Below, piece after piece: positions 17,447 through 27,236 of a stretch of 55,178 nucleotides of DNA; position 1 is the stretch's first letter, and each line of letters begins with the position of its first letter. Source of the DNA: Thermoplasmata archaeon (GTDB lineage: Archaea; Thermoplasmatota; Thermoplasmata; GCA-020350865); NCBI GenBank assembly GCA_020348445.1, contig CP070751.1, forward strand, positions 896,138 to 951,315, read 5' to 3'. The position numbers were made by a program, and so were the translations under genes. Under the pieces are notes generated by a model. That model did not search any database, was not told the DNA's origin, and was given only the letters and a program-made list of their open reading frames with translations.

Positions 17447-19612
17447 ATGAAAGTAGCAATCATATACAATAAGGACATGACTGGAGTTATCAATCGCTTA
17501 GGTTTGCAGAACAAGGAAAGGTACAATCCAAAGACCGTCAAATTAGTGGCTGAGGCACTTGAGAAGGGGGGTCATAACGTTCGTGTTATTGACGGGAACA
17601 TGCACGTTATCGAAAGTTTGCAGGAATTTATGTCAAGAGTGGTTGAAGGTGAACGATTGGGCATGGTTTTCAATATGGCATATGGCATTCAGGGTGAAAG
17701 CAGATACACACATCTTCCGGCCATGCTTGAAATGCTGGGTATACCTTATGTTGGCTCAGATCCTGAGGGCCATGCATTGGCATTAGATAAGGTAATTGCC
17801 AAGATAATAATGCAACAAAACGAGATACCAACTCCAAAGTTCTGGGTGTTTTCCACCGGAGATGAGGATATGGAATCTGTGGAATATCCGGTTGTTGTCA
17901 AACCGAAAATGGAGGCAGTATCCTACGGTTTGGAAATAGTTAATTGTGAAGCGGACCTACGTAAGGCAGTAAAATATACGGTAGCTGAGTTTCAGCAACA
18001 AGCCCTGGTTGAGCAGTTTATCAGAGGCAGAGAATTCATAGTAGGCTTGCTTGGCAATAGCGAACCCGAGGCCTTTCCCGTTTTGGAAATCGACCTAGGT
18101 GGCGATCCTGATGCATTCCAAAGTGCCATGGACAAGCTAAAAGAACCTAGGGAGAAAATCTGTCCAGCAAATATTTCGCAAAAACTTTCTGATGAAATGA
18201 TAAAACTCAGCAAGGAAGCCTTCAGGATTCTTCACCTTAAGGATTTTGCTAGGGTGGATATTCGTATTGATGAGAATGAAAACATATTCATACTTGAGAT
18301 AAACTCAATGGCCAGTCTTGGAAAAACAGGTTCCTATGTTTATGCAGCTTCAAAAGCTGGATACGATTATACTAGGTTAATAAATAAGATCCTCGATATT
18401 GCAGCAGTTAGATACTTTTCTGAGGATTTTGCATTTACCCTTGAGAATAATGTACCCAAGAAAAAGAAACTCCCTGTATTTGTTCGTGTCCGTACTTTTA
18501 TACGAAGCAAACAAGAAAATGTGGAAAAAATGCTGACTAAAATGGTCAATATAAATACATATGTACGAAATGTAGATGGAGTAAACGAACTGGGCCTGTT
18601 TATGTCCAAGCAATTGAAACCCATGGGATTTGAATATAGATCCATTCCCCAAGCAGAAGTGGGTAACATTCTTTTTTTCAGCAATACAGAGGAAGATAAA
18701 TATGATGTTCTATTTCTTTCACATCTGGATAACTCGATACCATTTAAAAGGCATGTACATTTCAACCAAAAGGGTCATAAACTTTATGGGACGGGAATTT
18801 GGGACAACAAAGGCGGTATGGCAATTCTGATTGCAGCCCTTCGTGCACTGCGGTTCGTGAGGATTTTACGCACAATGAAAATCGGGATCTTGCTGACCAC
18901 TGACGAAAATCTTCAAGGTAGGATAAGCAGTAAGACCATCAAAGAGATTTCAAGCCGCGCAGAAATCGTTTTAGGTTTAAGTGGCTCGCAAATAGATAGT
19001 TCATTGATAACTTCACGCTCGGGCGCAGCCGTTTACAACTGCCAGATGAACCTTGTCAATGCAAAAGATGCAATAGATGTAGCCAAGGCCAATTCGAAAT
19101 TCACGCGTCTTCTTTCAAAGCTAGCGAAACTTTCAGATAAAGAGGATGGAGTGATTGTGAGTCCAAGGGAGGTAAAAATCAACTCGAACATTTCTAATTT
19201 ATTTTCCCATGGTGAAGCGATTTTAAGTGTAAGGTTCAATGAACCCAAACAGGCGGAGATATACGACAATAAGATCCATTCCCTGGTAAAAAAAGTAAAA
19301 GGTGATAAAATTCAGGTGCAGATCAGTGGAGAAACTCGCAGGAATCCCATGGTGAAAAATGAAGAGAGTATAAGGATTTTCAAGAAGGTCAAAGATGTAG
19401 CTGATAAAATAGATATCAGGATATTAGATGAGCACAGGTGGAGCTCTGCAAATATTTGTTTTGTGGATTCCAAAAAACCCAAAATCGATGGTCTGGGTCC
19501 CCCTGGTGATGTATCAAAGGAGAATGAGGAATATATACTGCAGCATAGTCTGCTGGATAGGGCAACTTTGCTTGCACTCCTTTTAATAAAATTGAAAAAG
19601 GAAGATGAATGA
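17447..19612 (+). CDS. Fusion of a D-Ala-D-Ala-ligase-like ATP-grasp domain and an M20 (carboxypeptidase G2-like) metallohydrolase domain
   Basis: LEMLGIPYVGS...ALDKVIAK, YPVVVKP, VEQFIRGRE, DFARVDIR...LEINS; then FLSHLD, GIWDNKGG, TTDE, DGLGP. Confidence 0.88.
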   Translation: MKVAIIYNKDMTGVINRLGLQNKERYNPKTVKLVAEALEKGGHNVRVIDGNMHVIESLQEFMSRVVEGERLGMVFNMAYGIQGESRYTHLPAMLEMLGIPYVGSDPEGHALALDKVIAKIIMQQNEIPTPKFWVFSTGDEDMESVEYPVVVKPKMEAVSYGLEIVNCEADLRKAVKYTVAEFQQQALVEQFIRGREFIVGLLGNSEPEAFPVLEIDLGGDPDAFQSAMDKLKEPREKICPANISQKLSDEMIKLSKEAFRILHLKDFARVDIRIDENENIFILEINSMASLGKTGSYVYAASKAGYDYTRLINKILDIAAVRYFSEDFAFTLENNVPKKKKLPVFVRVRTFIRSKQENVEKMLTKMVNINTYVRNVDGVNELGLFMSKQLKPMGFEYRSIPQAEVGNILFFSNTEEDKYDVLFLSHLDNSIPFKRHVHFNQKGHKLYGTGIWDNKGGMAILIAALRALRFVRILRTMKIGILLTTDENLQGRISSKTIKEISSRAEIVLGLSGSQIDSSLITSRSGAAVYNCQMNLVNAKDAIDVAKANSKFTRLLSKLAKLSDKEDGVIVSPREVKINSNISNLFSHGEAILSVRFNEPKQAEIYDNKIHSLVKKVKGDKIQVQISGETRRNPMVKNEESIRIFKKVKDVADKIDIRILDEHRWSSANICFVDSKKPKIDGLGPPGDVSKENEEYILQHSLLDRATLLALLLIKLKKEDE

Positions 19613-21240
19613 TGGATATAGAAAAAATTGAATCGAAATTCAAGTCCACGAAGGACGGAAAGTGTGCAGAATCCCCAAATGGTATGATCTCAACAGCCTT
19701 TCCTAATGCTACAGATGCAGGAATCGAAATATTGATGAAAGGCGGCAATGCTGTGGATGCTGCTTGTGCTTCTGCTTTGGCACTCGGGGTTTGCGAACCC
19801 CAGGCAAGTGGTCTTGGCGGGCAGACGATGATGTTGATATTCACGGGTAAAAAGGTAAAAGCCATAGACGGATCCTCCAGGGCACCTTCACTGGCACATT
19901 CAAAGGCTATTTACAAAGGGGACCGATCAATTGGTTATAGAGCGACTACTGTGCCTAGCACACCAGCTACCTTATGGTACGTCCATAACCGATATGGCCG
20001 TCTAAAATGGCAAGAGATATTAAATCCCGCAATAAGAATCGCCGATGAGGGATACCCCATAACCGAATTGCAAAGACGGCTTCAAAAACGCGAAATTAAG
20101 GAATTTAAAAAAATCGAATCAAGATCCGGTGCAAAATATTTTTTAAAAAATGGAAAACCATACAAAGTAGGCGATATCTTCAAACAGCCTGAACTTGCTT
20201 CTCTTTTGAGGCGACTGGCAGAAAAAGGTGTAAAGGAATTCTATCAGGGAAAAGTAGCAAAACAAATTGATGCAGATATGCGGGAAAATGGTGGATTGCT
20301 TAGGTATGATGATTTATCATTAATTCCGTGGCCCATTGTGCGCCGCCCTTTAAAGCGCGAATTCAGAGGACTGATAATCCATACAATGCCTCCGCCAGGA
20401 GCTGGAAGAACACTACTTTTTACCCTGCTCATGCTGGATGAATTACCCCCAAAAATATTTATAAAGGATAAAAATAAACAATGCTACCTCCTAGCTAAGG
20501 TGTTCAGAAAGGCATTTTTGGAAAGAGAAGACAGGCCCTTTGACCCCAATTTCTATCCGCAGCTTTCTGAAAAACAAATGTTGAATAAAAAATATGCAAG
20601 ACAATGCATATCAGACATTCTTGCAAAAGTTGATAAAACAATACTTCCAACATTAGTTACTGACGACGAGCTCAGGGGTGAAACAACACATCTTTCGGTT
20701 ATTGACAGCGAAGGTATGGCTGTGAGCTTGACCCAATCCATTGAAAAAGTATATGGCTCGAAAGCAGCAGCGGAAGGCCTGGGATTTCTTTATAATAATT
20801 ACTTAATAGACTTTGAGTACAATATGGTCTCGCATCCATTTTATCTTAGGCCAAATGCGGTTCCTTGGGCCACCGTTGCTCCCTCTTTGATCTTTAATGA
20901 AGAAAAGTTATGGATGGCTGTGGGAAGTCCTGGCAGTGAACGTATATTCTCAACTATTGCACAATTCCTGATTAATATAATTGATAAAAATATGTCAATG
21001 GATAAAGCCATGCTGGAACCACGGATGCATTGCTCTTTAGGCGGGCTGGTTAGTCTTGAAGTAGAGCGTTTTCCAGGTTCTCTTATTGGATTTCTCGAAG
21101 ATAAAGGATATAGAATAGATGCAAGGGAACCATATTCATTTTACCTCGGGGCAATCCATGCAGTAATTAAAAAACATGATGGTTCTGGTTTTCAGGGAGT
21201 TGCCGAAGTAAGGAGGGATGGTACGGCAGGAGGATATTAG
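19609..21240 (+). CDS. ggt: Gamma-glutamyltransferase family Ntn hydrolase
   Basis: GGNAVDAA, EPQASGLGG, FYQG.VA, GETTHLSVID (nucleophilic Thr at 20683), GSPG; ATGA overlap with the upstream gene. Confidence 0.9.
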   Translation: MMDIEKIESKFKSTKDGKCAESPNGMISTAFPNATDAGIEILMKGGNAVDAACASALALGVCEPQASGLGGQTMMLIFTGKKVKAIDGSSRAPSLAHSKAIYKGDRSIGYRATTVPSTPATLWYVHNRYGRLKWQEILNPAIRIADEGYPITELQRRLQKREIKEFKKIESRSGAKYFLKNGKPYKVGDIFKQPELASLLRRLAEKGVKEFYQGKVAKQIDADMRENGGLLRYDDLSLIPWPIVRRPLKREFRGLIIHTMPPPGAGRTLLFTLLMLDELPPKIFIKDKNKQCYLLAKVFRKAFLEREDRPFDPNFYPQLSEKQMLNKKYARQCISDILAKVDKTILPTLVTDDELRGETTHLSVIDSEGMAVSLTQSIEKVYGSKAAAEGLGFLYNNYLIDFEYNMVSHPFYLRPNAVPWATVAPSLIFNEEKLWMAVGSPGSERIFSTIAQFLINIIDKNMSMDKAMLEPRMHCSLGGLVSLEVERFPGSLIGFLEDKGYRIDAREPYSFYLGAIHAVIKKHDGSGFQGVAEVRRDGTAGGY

Positions 21241-21277
21241 TCAATTGCAATTCCTGTAATATGTTGTTGTGGACCTT

Positions 21278-22330
21278 TTACAATCCCTCCAATCCAACTC
21301 CTTTCACCCTAACCTCGGAAAGTCCATCCTTCTTTCTAATATCGAATTTCACTTTCAGGAACCTCTCAATAAGCCACATATTGGTTTTTGCGTGATTGGA
21401 AAGCTCCCTTGTCAGAAATACGCTCTCGCCCTCGGCCAAAGCCATATAAGGTAAAAACTGATCTGCTGCGTGTACATCCAGTGTGGCATTGGAATTTATT
21501 TCTGTTTGTAATTTTTCCACGGCATTCTGACTCACCATTTCAGCAGGAATACCTTTTTCTCCTAGGCAATTAGTACCTAATACAGTGTTCTCGTAATTTG
21601 CCCAAATTACTATTCCAGTTCCCACACCGCATGCAGGATCTTTGCCCTGGGGATAATGCTCCTCTGATATCTTCACATCATCAAAGCCCATTAACAGCAA
21701 GGAGGCAGTATGCTTCATCCTGTTGGTGATGCGATTTGGTAGATTGGACACATGGGCGATTCCTTTGACATTTTCTAACGCCCCCTTTTCCCTAAGAGTC
21801 AGGGGAAGGAGTTTCTTTGCAGGCTTGATTCTTGCAATGATCTCCCCTCCCCCTTTGGGATAATGCCCCCTTCTTCCAACCACCACATTTACCTCTCCCC
21901 CCATCTTGTGCAAAAGCGGAGCAAAGACAAATCTGAGGTAGTCTATAGGCGGTGACCATTTAACATCCGTGCCTCCTGTAATGGTAAACTCGGTTTTATG
22001 GTTGGCAAATAAACTGGGCAGAAGACAAGCTGAGAGCACCAACGTAGTGCTGCCTGCTGTAAGGATATCAAAGTGGAATTTTCCTCCCTTGATTTTATTG
22101 GGGTAAAAAAATATCTCTCGGGAACCTTTTGCCAATCCCGTAACTCCTGCATTACAGAGCTTTGAAACAGATTTAATTGCAGTAACGTGCTGGTTGCTTA
22201 AGCCCGGATTTGGTCTTTGTGCTCTTATATTTGTGATACGAGCAGGCTTCTGCGTAAGAGATGATAGGGAAATCGCAGTGCGGAGGATCTGTCCTCCCCC
22301 CTCCCCATGGGAACCATCGATTTCGATCAT
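21278..22330 (-). CDS. rtcA: RNA 3'-terminal phosphate cyclase
   Basis: IDGSHGEGGGQILRTA, IRAQRPNPGL.NQH, TAGS..L, GGTDV.WSP, GHYPKGGG, DVHAADQ. Confidence 0.97.
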   Translation of the reverse strand: MIEIDGSHGEGGGQILRTAISLSSLTQKPARITNIRAQRPNPGLSNQHVTAIKSVSKLCNAGVTGLAKGSREIFFYPNKIKGGKFHFDILTAGSTTLVLSACLLPSLFANHKTEFTITGGTDVKWSPPIDYLRFVFAPLLHKMGGEVNVVVGRRGHYPKGGGEIIARIKPAKKLLPLTLREKGALENVKGIAHVSNLPNRITNRMKHTASLLLMGFDDVKISEEHYPQGKDPACGVGTGIVIWANYENTVLGTNCLGEKGIPAEMVSQNAVEKLQTEINSNATLDVHAADQFLPYMALAEGESVFLTRELSNHAKTNMWLIERFLKVKFDIRKKDGLSEVRVKGVGLEGL

Positions 22331-22400
22331 CGTACCGGAATGTACAAAAGGTTTAATGTTTTTTACGCATGGTCAATTCATAAGTACCCGAAGGATTATT

Positions 22401-25400
22401 TCATTGTTGTCGGAAAAATCCAGTTTGGTTGTAGCCGCTAGATTCCTGATATTCACTTGGCTGATATAATGGAACCACCATAGCTTGTTCGTTTTGCGGT
22501 CTGCGGGATTTTGAAGCAAAATAGACAATAGTAAAAACCACAATTGCCAGAATCGGGATTAGGAGCAGTAGAAGCCAAAAGGCGGTCTCTTCCCCTCCAT
22601 CATCCGAGCCTGCAGAGTCGTCGGGACCGTCAGAACCGTCGGAGCCATCTGAACCATCCGAGCCATCCCCACCATCAGAGGGATCTGATCCATCTTGACC
22701 GTCAGAGCCATCTGAGCCATCACCTCCGCTTGGAGAATTTACAGTGAGCACAACATCAGCCCCTAAAAATCCTCCATCATATGTGATGACAATCTCAAGG
22801 GATTTATCCCCTGCATCCACATTCGAGGGGATCGTGGTTGAAAAGGAATATACATCATCACCTGCAAGCTCGTCACCAAAACTTCCGTCATCGTACATCA
22901 TTTGATAGGACGAACCTCCAATTGGTGTAAGGTCGATTACAACGGACTGGATTGCATCTTCGGGATCATCAATCTCAACTGAAAATATTACTTCAGTCGA
23001 GTCCCCACTCGTTATTGTGTTTGGGGTGACGCTTACACCCAAAATCGTCGGAGCTATGGGTTCATTATTTATGGTCACGAAGATCTCATGGCTTGCTGTA
23101 TTACCTGCAAAATCCCTTGCTATGACTTTAATGGAGTATTGATCATCAGGATAATGCCCTGATTCTGTATCCCATTCCCACGAGTAACCATGGGAATCGT
23201 CCGTGAATTTATGTATATCATCAATGTAGAACTCCACCTGTGATATACCTTGGTTATCTGTGGCATAAACCTCGATGAGAACTGATCCTTTTACTGTAAC
23301 TCCATCCTCAGGAGATGTAATCTCCGCTTCAGGCGGTTCATAATCGGGGGGTGCTTCTGTAGTAAAGGTTCCCTCCTGGCTTGTTACCGTGTTGCCGATC
23401 TCATCACTGGATTCAACTTTGAAAAAATATGTGGTTGATGGCATAAGGTCAGTTAAAACCATGGTGTGTAGCGTTATATACGAGTCATCGCTTTTTGATA
23501 AAATATCACTTGAGCCTTCTATCCAGTATTCAACTAGACTATCACTGGAATCGTCTGTTTCCCACTGGATTGTGGCCTCAGAATAGGTCAGTTCAGTAAC
23601 TGTTGGACCAGTGATTATTGAAGGGGATGTATTATCAACGATAATGGTTAAGATACCAACGTTCGAGTACAGATCATCGTTATCCTGGGCTCGGACAGAT
23701 ATGGTGTGGCTTCCATCAGGTTCATCTGTTGTATCCCAATAATAGGTCCAGGTGGACCAATCTCCAAGGCTCGAGGTGTCCACTGCCTCCAGCCATACTC
23801 CCTCATCGATTTGAATCTCGACCTTGTGGATATCCCCATCCGAATCCGAGGCTGTGCCAGATAAAGCCACAATGCCATTTAAAAGCGTCCCGTCATTCGG
23901 AGTGAGGATCGCAATTTCGGGCGGGCTTTGAACGAATAGCGAAATCTCGGTAATTCCGCTTTTACCCACACTGTCAGTGACTTCAAGGGTTATGATATGC
24001 TCTCCCAAAGGCAATGTGGCAAAAAAGGACTCCGTATTTCCGATCTCGCCACTTTTATCAGAACTCCAAAGATATGTAAGATCATCACCATCTGGATCAT
24101 AACTGGACGACCCGTCAAAATAGATCTGTTGAGAAGGTGCGTGTATGCTGTTGTCTAAAGGTGAGTCTATTAGGGCGATGGGCCTTTCATTGATAAGCCA
24201 TCTTATAATGTTCTCGCCAAATATTTTGTTGTCATTTTCATGAATAAATTCGCTGTTGAGGCACTCCTCATCTGCAATGGCAACCACCTTTCCAAATCCA
24301 TATTCGGATGCGGCCACCACCACTCGGGTGTAGGCGATGCCATCGTAAGTGTACGCGATCTCTTCAGCTGGAGCAGAAGCGGTAAGGGGTAGTTGATGGG
24401 AGCCGAAGTGCAGTGAATCCACATTTTCTGTTATTTCATGCTCGTTGATAGAGTTGGTGTCGCCCATAAAAAGGACCAAATATGGAGATCCCCAACTTAT
24501 ACCGGAATAATCTGTGAGATCATTGTAGATTCCTTGATCAGCTTCACCGATTACAAGAAGTCCGCCACTTGCATCCACGAAGTTCTGGATTGCGGTGACT
24601 TCCTGTGAGGTGTAGGCTTCGGTGGGCCATGCTGTGATGAAAACATCATAATTCACAAGAAGCTCAGGTGTTATGGATTGGGTCGTGTAAAAGACCCTGT
24701 ACTTTTCGGGAACCATCTCTTCTATGTAATTGTAATATATACCATGACGCCAATCGGTGCCGTGGCCGTCATCAACCAAAATCCTACCCACCACAAGTGA
24801 AGCATCAATTTTCACATCCCTTTTATTATCCTCATATGATGTTTCTTGGGAAAGTGGCTCAACGTACACAGATACGTTGTAGCTTCTTGCCATTGTGGGT
24901 ATCCAAACAAAATCCGCTTCTTTTATCTCACCAATATCAATGGAATCAATGGTAAGAGAGTCAATCAATCCGTTATCTACATAGAACTTTACCTTGACAT
25001 TGGCCTCGTCAGAGGTTCCTATGTTCATTATCGTTGCATTTACCCGCACACTTTCTCCAGTATCCACAAATCTTGGATACTGCAGAGTCTGCACCCTAAG
25101 ATCATGCTCGTGTTTGACAACACCCGATGTAACTAAGGCAAAGCTTTGATCAAACTCGGGGGTTGCTAAATTACCGTCCATGGGAACGTTTTCCGCTGAA
25201 ACCTCTATCGTCCATTCACCTGAAATTGGATCTTCTATGAACACGTTCTCTACATTATTTGTATGATCAGCCCATCCCCCGGTAAAGGACCATTTTCCAC
25301 CATCCAATCCATAATTGCCAAATATGACCTCACCGTTTGGGTCGATGACCCTAAGATTAAGATCATTTATCAGATGCATGGACGAGGATGTCGTCCCAGG

Positions 25401-27029
25401 AACATCGGTCCAAACAAGGGAGATTTTCAATGGTGTATCGCCGGTAGGGGTGATTTTATATATTACAGTGTCTCCTGTTCTCAGTGCATTATTTTCGTTG
25501 TCAATGAAGTGGTTTTCCCCTATATCATACACATAGCCTACATCCACAAGTCCCCATCCCTGTGCATACCTGTCTGCCTGTGAGAAATCGTACTGGTATG
25601 CATCGGCTATGATTATTGCCTTCACAGTGGAGGGATGGGGTATAATTTCCTGGGGATTGTTGCCAAAATGATTTTTCATGTACATCTCGTATATCAATCC
25701 CACGGCACCAGCAGCAACGGGAGTTGCACCGCTGGTTCCTCCAAACGAGCTTGTGTATCCGTCACCTGATGTGGTGGTGTAAATTGAATCGTATGGTCCA
25801 CAGACATCGGGCTTGATCCTACCATCCGCAGTGGGTCCCTTGTTACCCTGACCTCCCGTGTGCTCGTCATCTGATCTGTCCGTATTATCGTAATGGTTTA
25901 CGCCACCCACCGAGATTACGTTTTTGGCTGCGGCATCTCTTGCTATGGATTCATCCCCTCCTTGATTACCTGTTGCCCATAATGTGGTTACATCATATTC
26001 AAATACAGATTCATCATTTTGTCTGGTAACTGATCCATATGTTCCATCTGTCGAGGTTGAACCCCAGCTGTTGCTCTGAAATAAGCCCCCCCAATTGTTG
26101 ACCATATTGGCAACAGATTGTTTTCGCCCCACACCCCAGTGGCAGAAAACACCTTCTGCACCTGGCAACATTCCCATTGCTCGCTCAGTTTCACCCTTTG
26201 CAAAGACGATACCAAAAGTGGAGGTCCCATGGGACTCTTCTTGTGGATTCCCATCCACGGCTAATAATTGCCCTTCAAATTCTGGGTGATTTTGATCTAT
26301 CCCATTGTCCTGAACCTCTCCCACAATACCTGTTCCCACAAATCCGTTCTCATGAAGCGGGGATTCCGCCCCTGTAAATACCCTGATGTTGTCCATAAAG
26401 GAAACAGGCGGTGAGTACTTGTCTATCCACTCCACCTCTGGAATGAACGCAATGTCCGCAATTTTAAGGGCATCGATTTCCACCACAAAATTAAAAGCTA
26501 TATTCTCCTCACGGATTATTCTTCCCCCAAAAGATGTGATTCTGTTTTTGACAAGCTTTTGGTTCTCAGGACCGTCATTCCCTCTGAAAACAATAACGTT
26601 CAATTGCACTTTCCCTGAGAGTGAGAAAAGTTCGGATTCGATCTTATAGGCGGGATGATATATGCCTGTCCATCTTATGAATGGGAGACTTTCGATTCGC
26701 TCTTTTACATCTTCCTCCATATGAAGGATATAGGTGTACTGGGGAACATAACCCAAAATATGGGCGCCGGATTCATGAATATCTTCCACCCACTGGGATT
26801 GAATTGGCCCCTTACACTGAACAAGGTAGTAATCATTTTCAATTGAATATCTCAAATGTCCGGGTATGTCTGGATTCGTTAATAATGGGTCGAATTCCGC
26901 AGCCTTGAGATGGATGGAAAGTGGTGTAAATCCATCTTCCGATACCTCCTCACCAATGGTTATTCCGACATTAGCCAGACAGGTAATAAGAAATAGTACA
27001 CTACATATAAATGTTATAGATTTTTTCAT
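22401..27029 (-). CDS. Secreted, membrane-anchored S8 subtilase with jelly-roll, CARDB, GATase-like, PKD, Ig and Fn3 domains
   Basis: Signal peptide MKKSITFIC...; catalytic triad motifs VQDNGID, SHGT and GGTSGATP; oxyanion GNQG; KPDVCGP; C-terminal TM FWLLLLLIPILAIVVFTIVYFA. The ATG at 27029 is preferred over 27071. Confidence 0.93.
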   Translation of the reverse strand: MKKSITFICSVLFLITCLANVGITIGEEVSEDGFTPLSIHLKAAEFDPLLTNPDIPGHLRYSIENDYYLVQCKGPIQSQWVEDIHESGAHILGYVPQYTYILHMEEDVKERIESLPFIRWTGIYHPAYKIESELFSLSGKVQLNVIVFRGNDGPENQKLVKNRITSFGGRIIREENIAFNFVVEIDALKIADIAFIPEVEWIDKYSPPVSFMDNIRVFTGAESPLHENGFVGTGIVGEVQDNGIDQNHPEFEGQLLAVDGNPQEESHGTSTFGIVFAKGETERAMGMLPGAEGVFCHWGVGRKQSVANMVNNWGGLFQSNSWGSTSTDGTYGSVTRQNDESVFEYDVTTLWATGNQGGDESIARDAAAKNVISVGGVNHYDNTDRSDDEHTGGQGNKGPTADGRIKPDVCGPYDSIYTTTSGDGYTSSFGGTSGATPVAAGAVGLIYEMYMKNHFGNNPQEIIPHPSTVKAIIIADAYQYDFSQADRYAQGWGLVDVGYVYDIGENHFIDNENNALRTGDTVIYKITPTGDTPLKISLVWTDVPGTTSSSMHLINDLNLRVIDPNGEVIFGNYGLDGGKWSFTGGWADHTNNVENVFIEDPISGEWTIEVSAENVPMDGNLATPEFDQSFALVTSGVVKHEHDLRVQTLQYPRFVDTGESVRVNATIMNIGTSDEANVKVKFYVDNGLIDSLTIDSIDIGEIKEADFVWIPTMARSYNVSVYVEPLSQETSYEDNKRDVKIDASLVVGRILVDDGHGTDWRHGIYYNYIEEMVPEKYRVFYTTQSITPELLVNYDVFITAWPTEAYTSQEVTAIQNFVDASGGLLVIGEADQGIYNDLTDYSGISWGSPYLVLFMGDTNSINEHEITENVDSLHFGSHQLPLTASAPAEEIAYTYDGIAYTRVVVAASEYGFGKVVAIADEECLNSEFIHENDNKIFGENIIRWLINERPIALIDSPLDNSIHAPSQQIYFDGSSSYDPDGDDLTYLWSSDKSGEIGNTESFFATLPLGEHIITLEVTDSVGKSGITEISLFVQSPPEIAILTPNDGTLLNGIVALSGTASDSDGDIHKVEIQIDEGVWLEAVDTSSLGDWSTWTYYWDTTDEPDGSHTISVRAQDNDDLYSNVGILTIIVDNTSPSIITGPTVTELTYSEATIQWETDDSSDSLVEYWIEGSSDILSKSDDSYITLHTMVLTDLMPSTTYFFKVESSDEIGNTVTSQEGTFTTEAPPDYEPPEAEITSPEDGVTVKGSVLIEVYATDNQGISQVEFYIDDIHKFTDDSHGYSWEWDTESGHYPDDQYSIKVIARDFAGNTASHEIFVTINNEPIAPTILGVSVTPNTITSGDSTEVIFSVEIDDPEDAIQSVVIDLTPIGGSSYQMMYDDGSFGDELAGDDVYSFSTTIPSNVDAGDKSLEIVITYDGGFLGADVVLTVNSPSGGDGSDGSDGQDGSDPSDGGDGSDGSDGSDGSDGPDDSAGSDDGGEETAFWLLLLLIPILAIVVFTIVYFASKSRRPQNEQAMVVPLYQPSEYQESSGYNQTGFFRQQ
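22601..22729 (-). repeat. Low-complexity (DGS)n juxtamembrane linker
   Basis: GGDGSDGSDGQDGSDPSDGGDGSDGSDGSDGSDGPDD; 9-nt period GAGCCATCN. Confidence 0.85.
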
Positions 27030-27236
27030 AATATAACGCCGCCCTGCATTATATGGGTAATAATTGACCAAGTGGTATTTAAACTTGATTGATAAACAAT
27101 AACACGGAATTTACTGATTTATGCATCTCCAACTGAATAACGCACTGTTTTACCCAAACAAAAACTTCATAACCCTTAAAATCAATATCCCTGGTGTACC
27201 TTTTTCTAAAAAGGATGGGAAAAAGGATGGGATGAC

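Noticed and set aside
17447-18450. Peptidoglycan D-Ala-D-Ala ligase (ddl)
   Set aside because: Archaeal context with no mur genes; fused to an M20 domain; the Ddl omega-loop and E.NT.PG motifs are altered (EAVSYG, EINSMAS).
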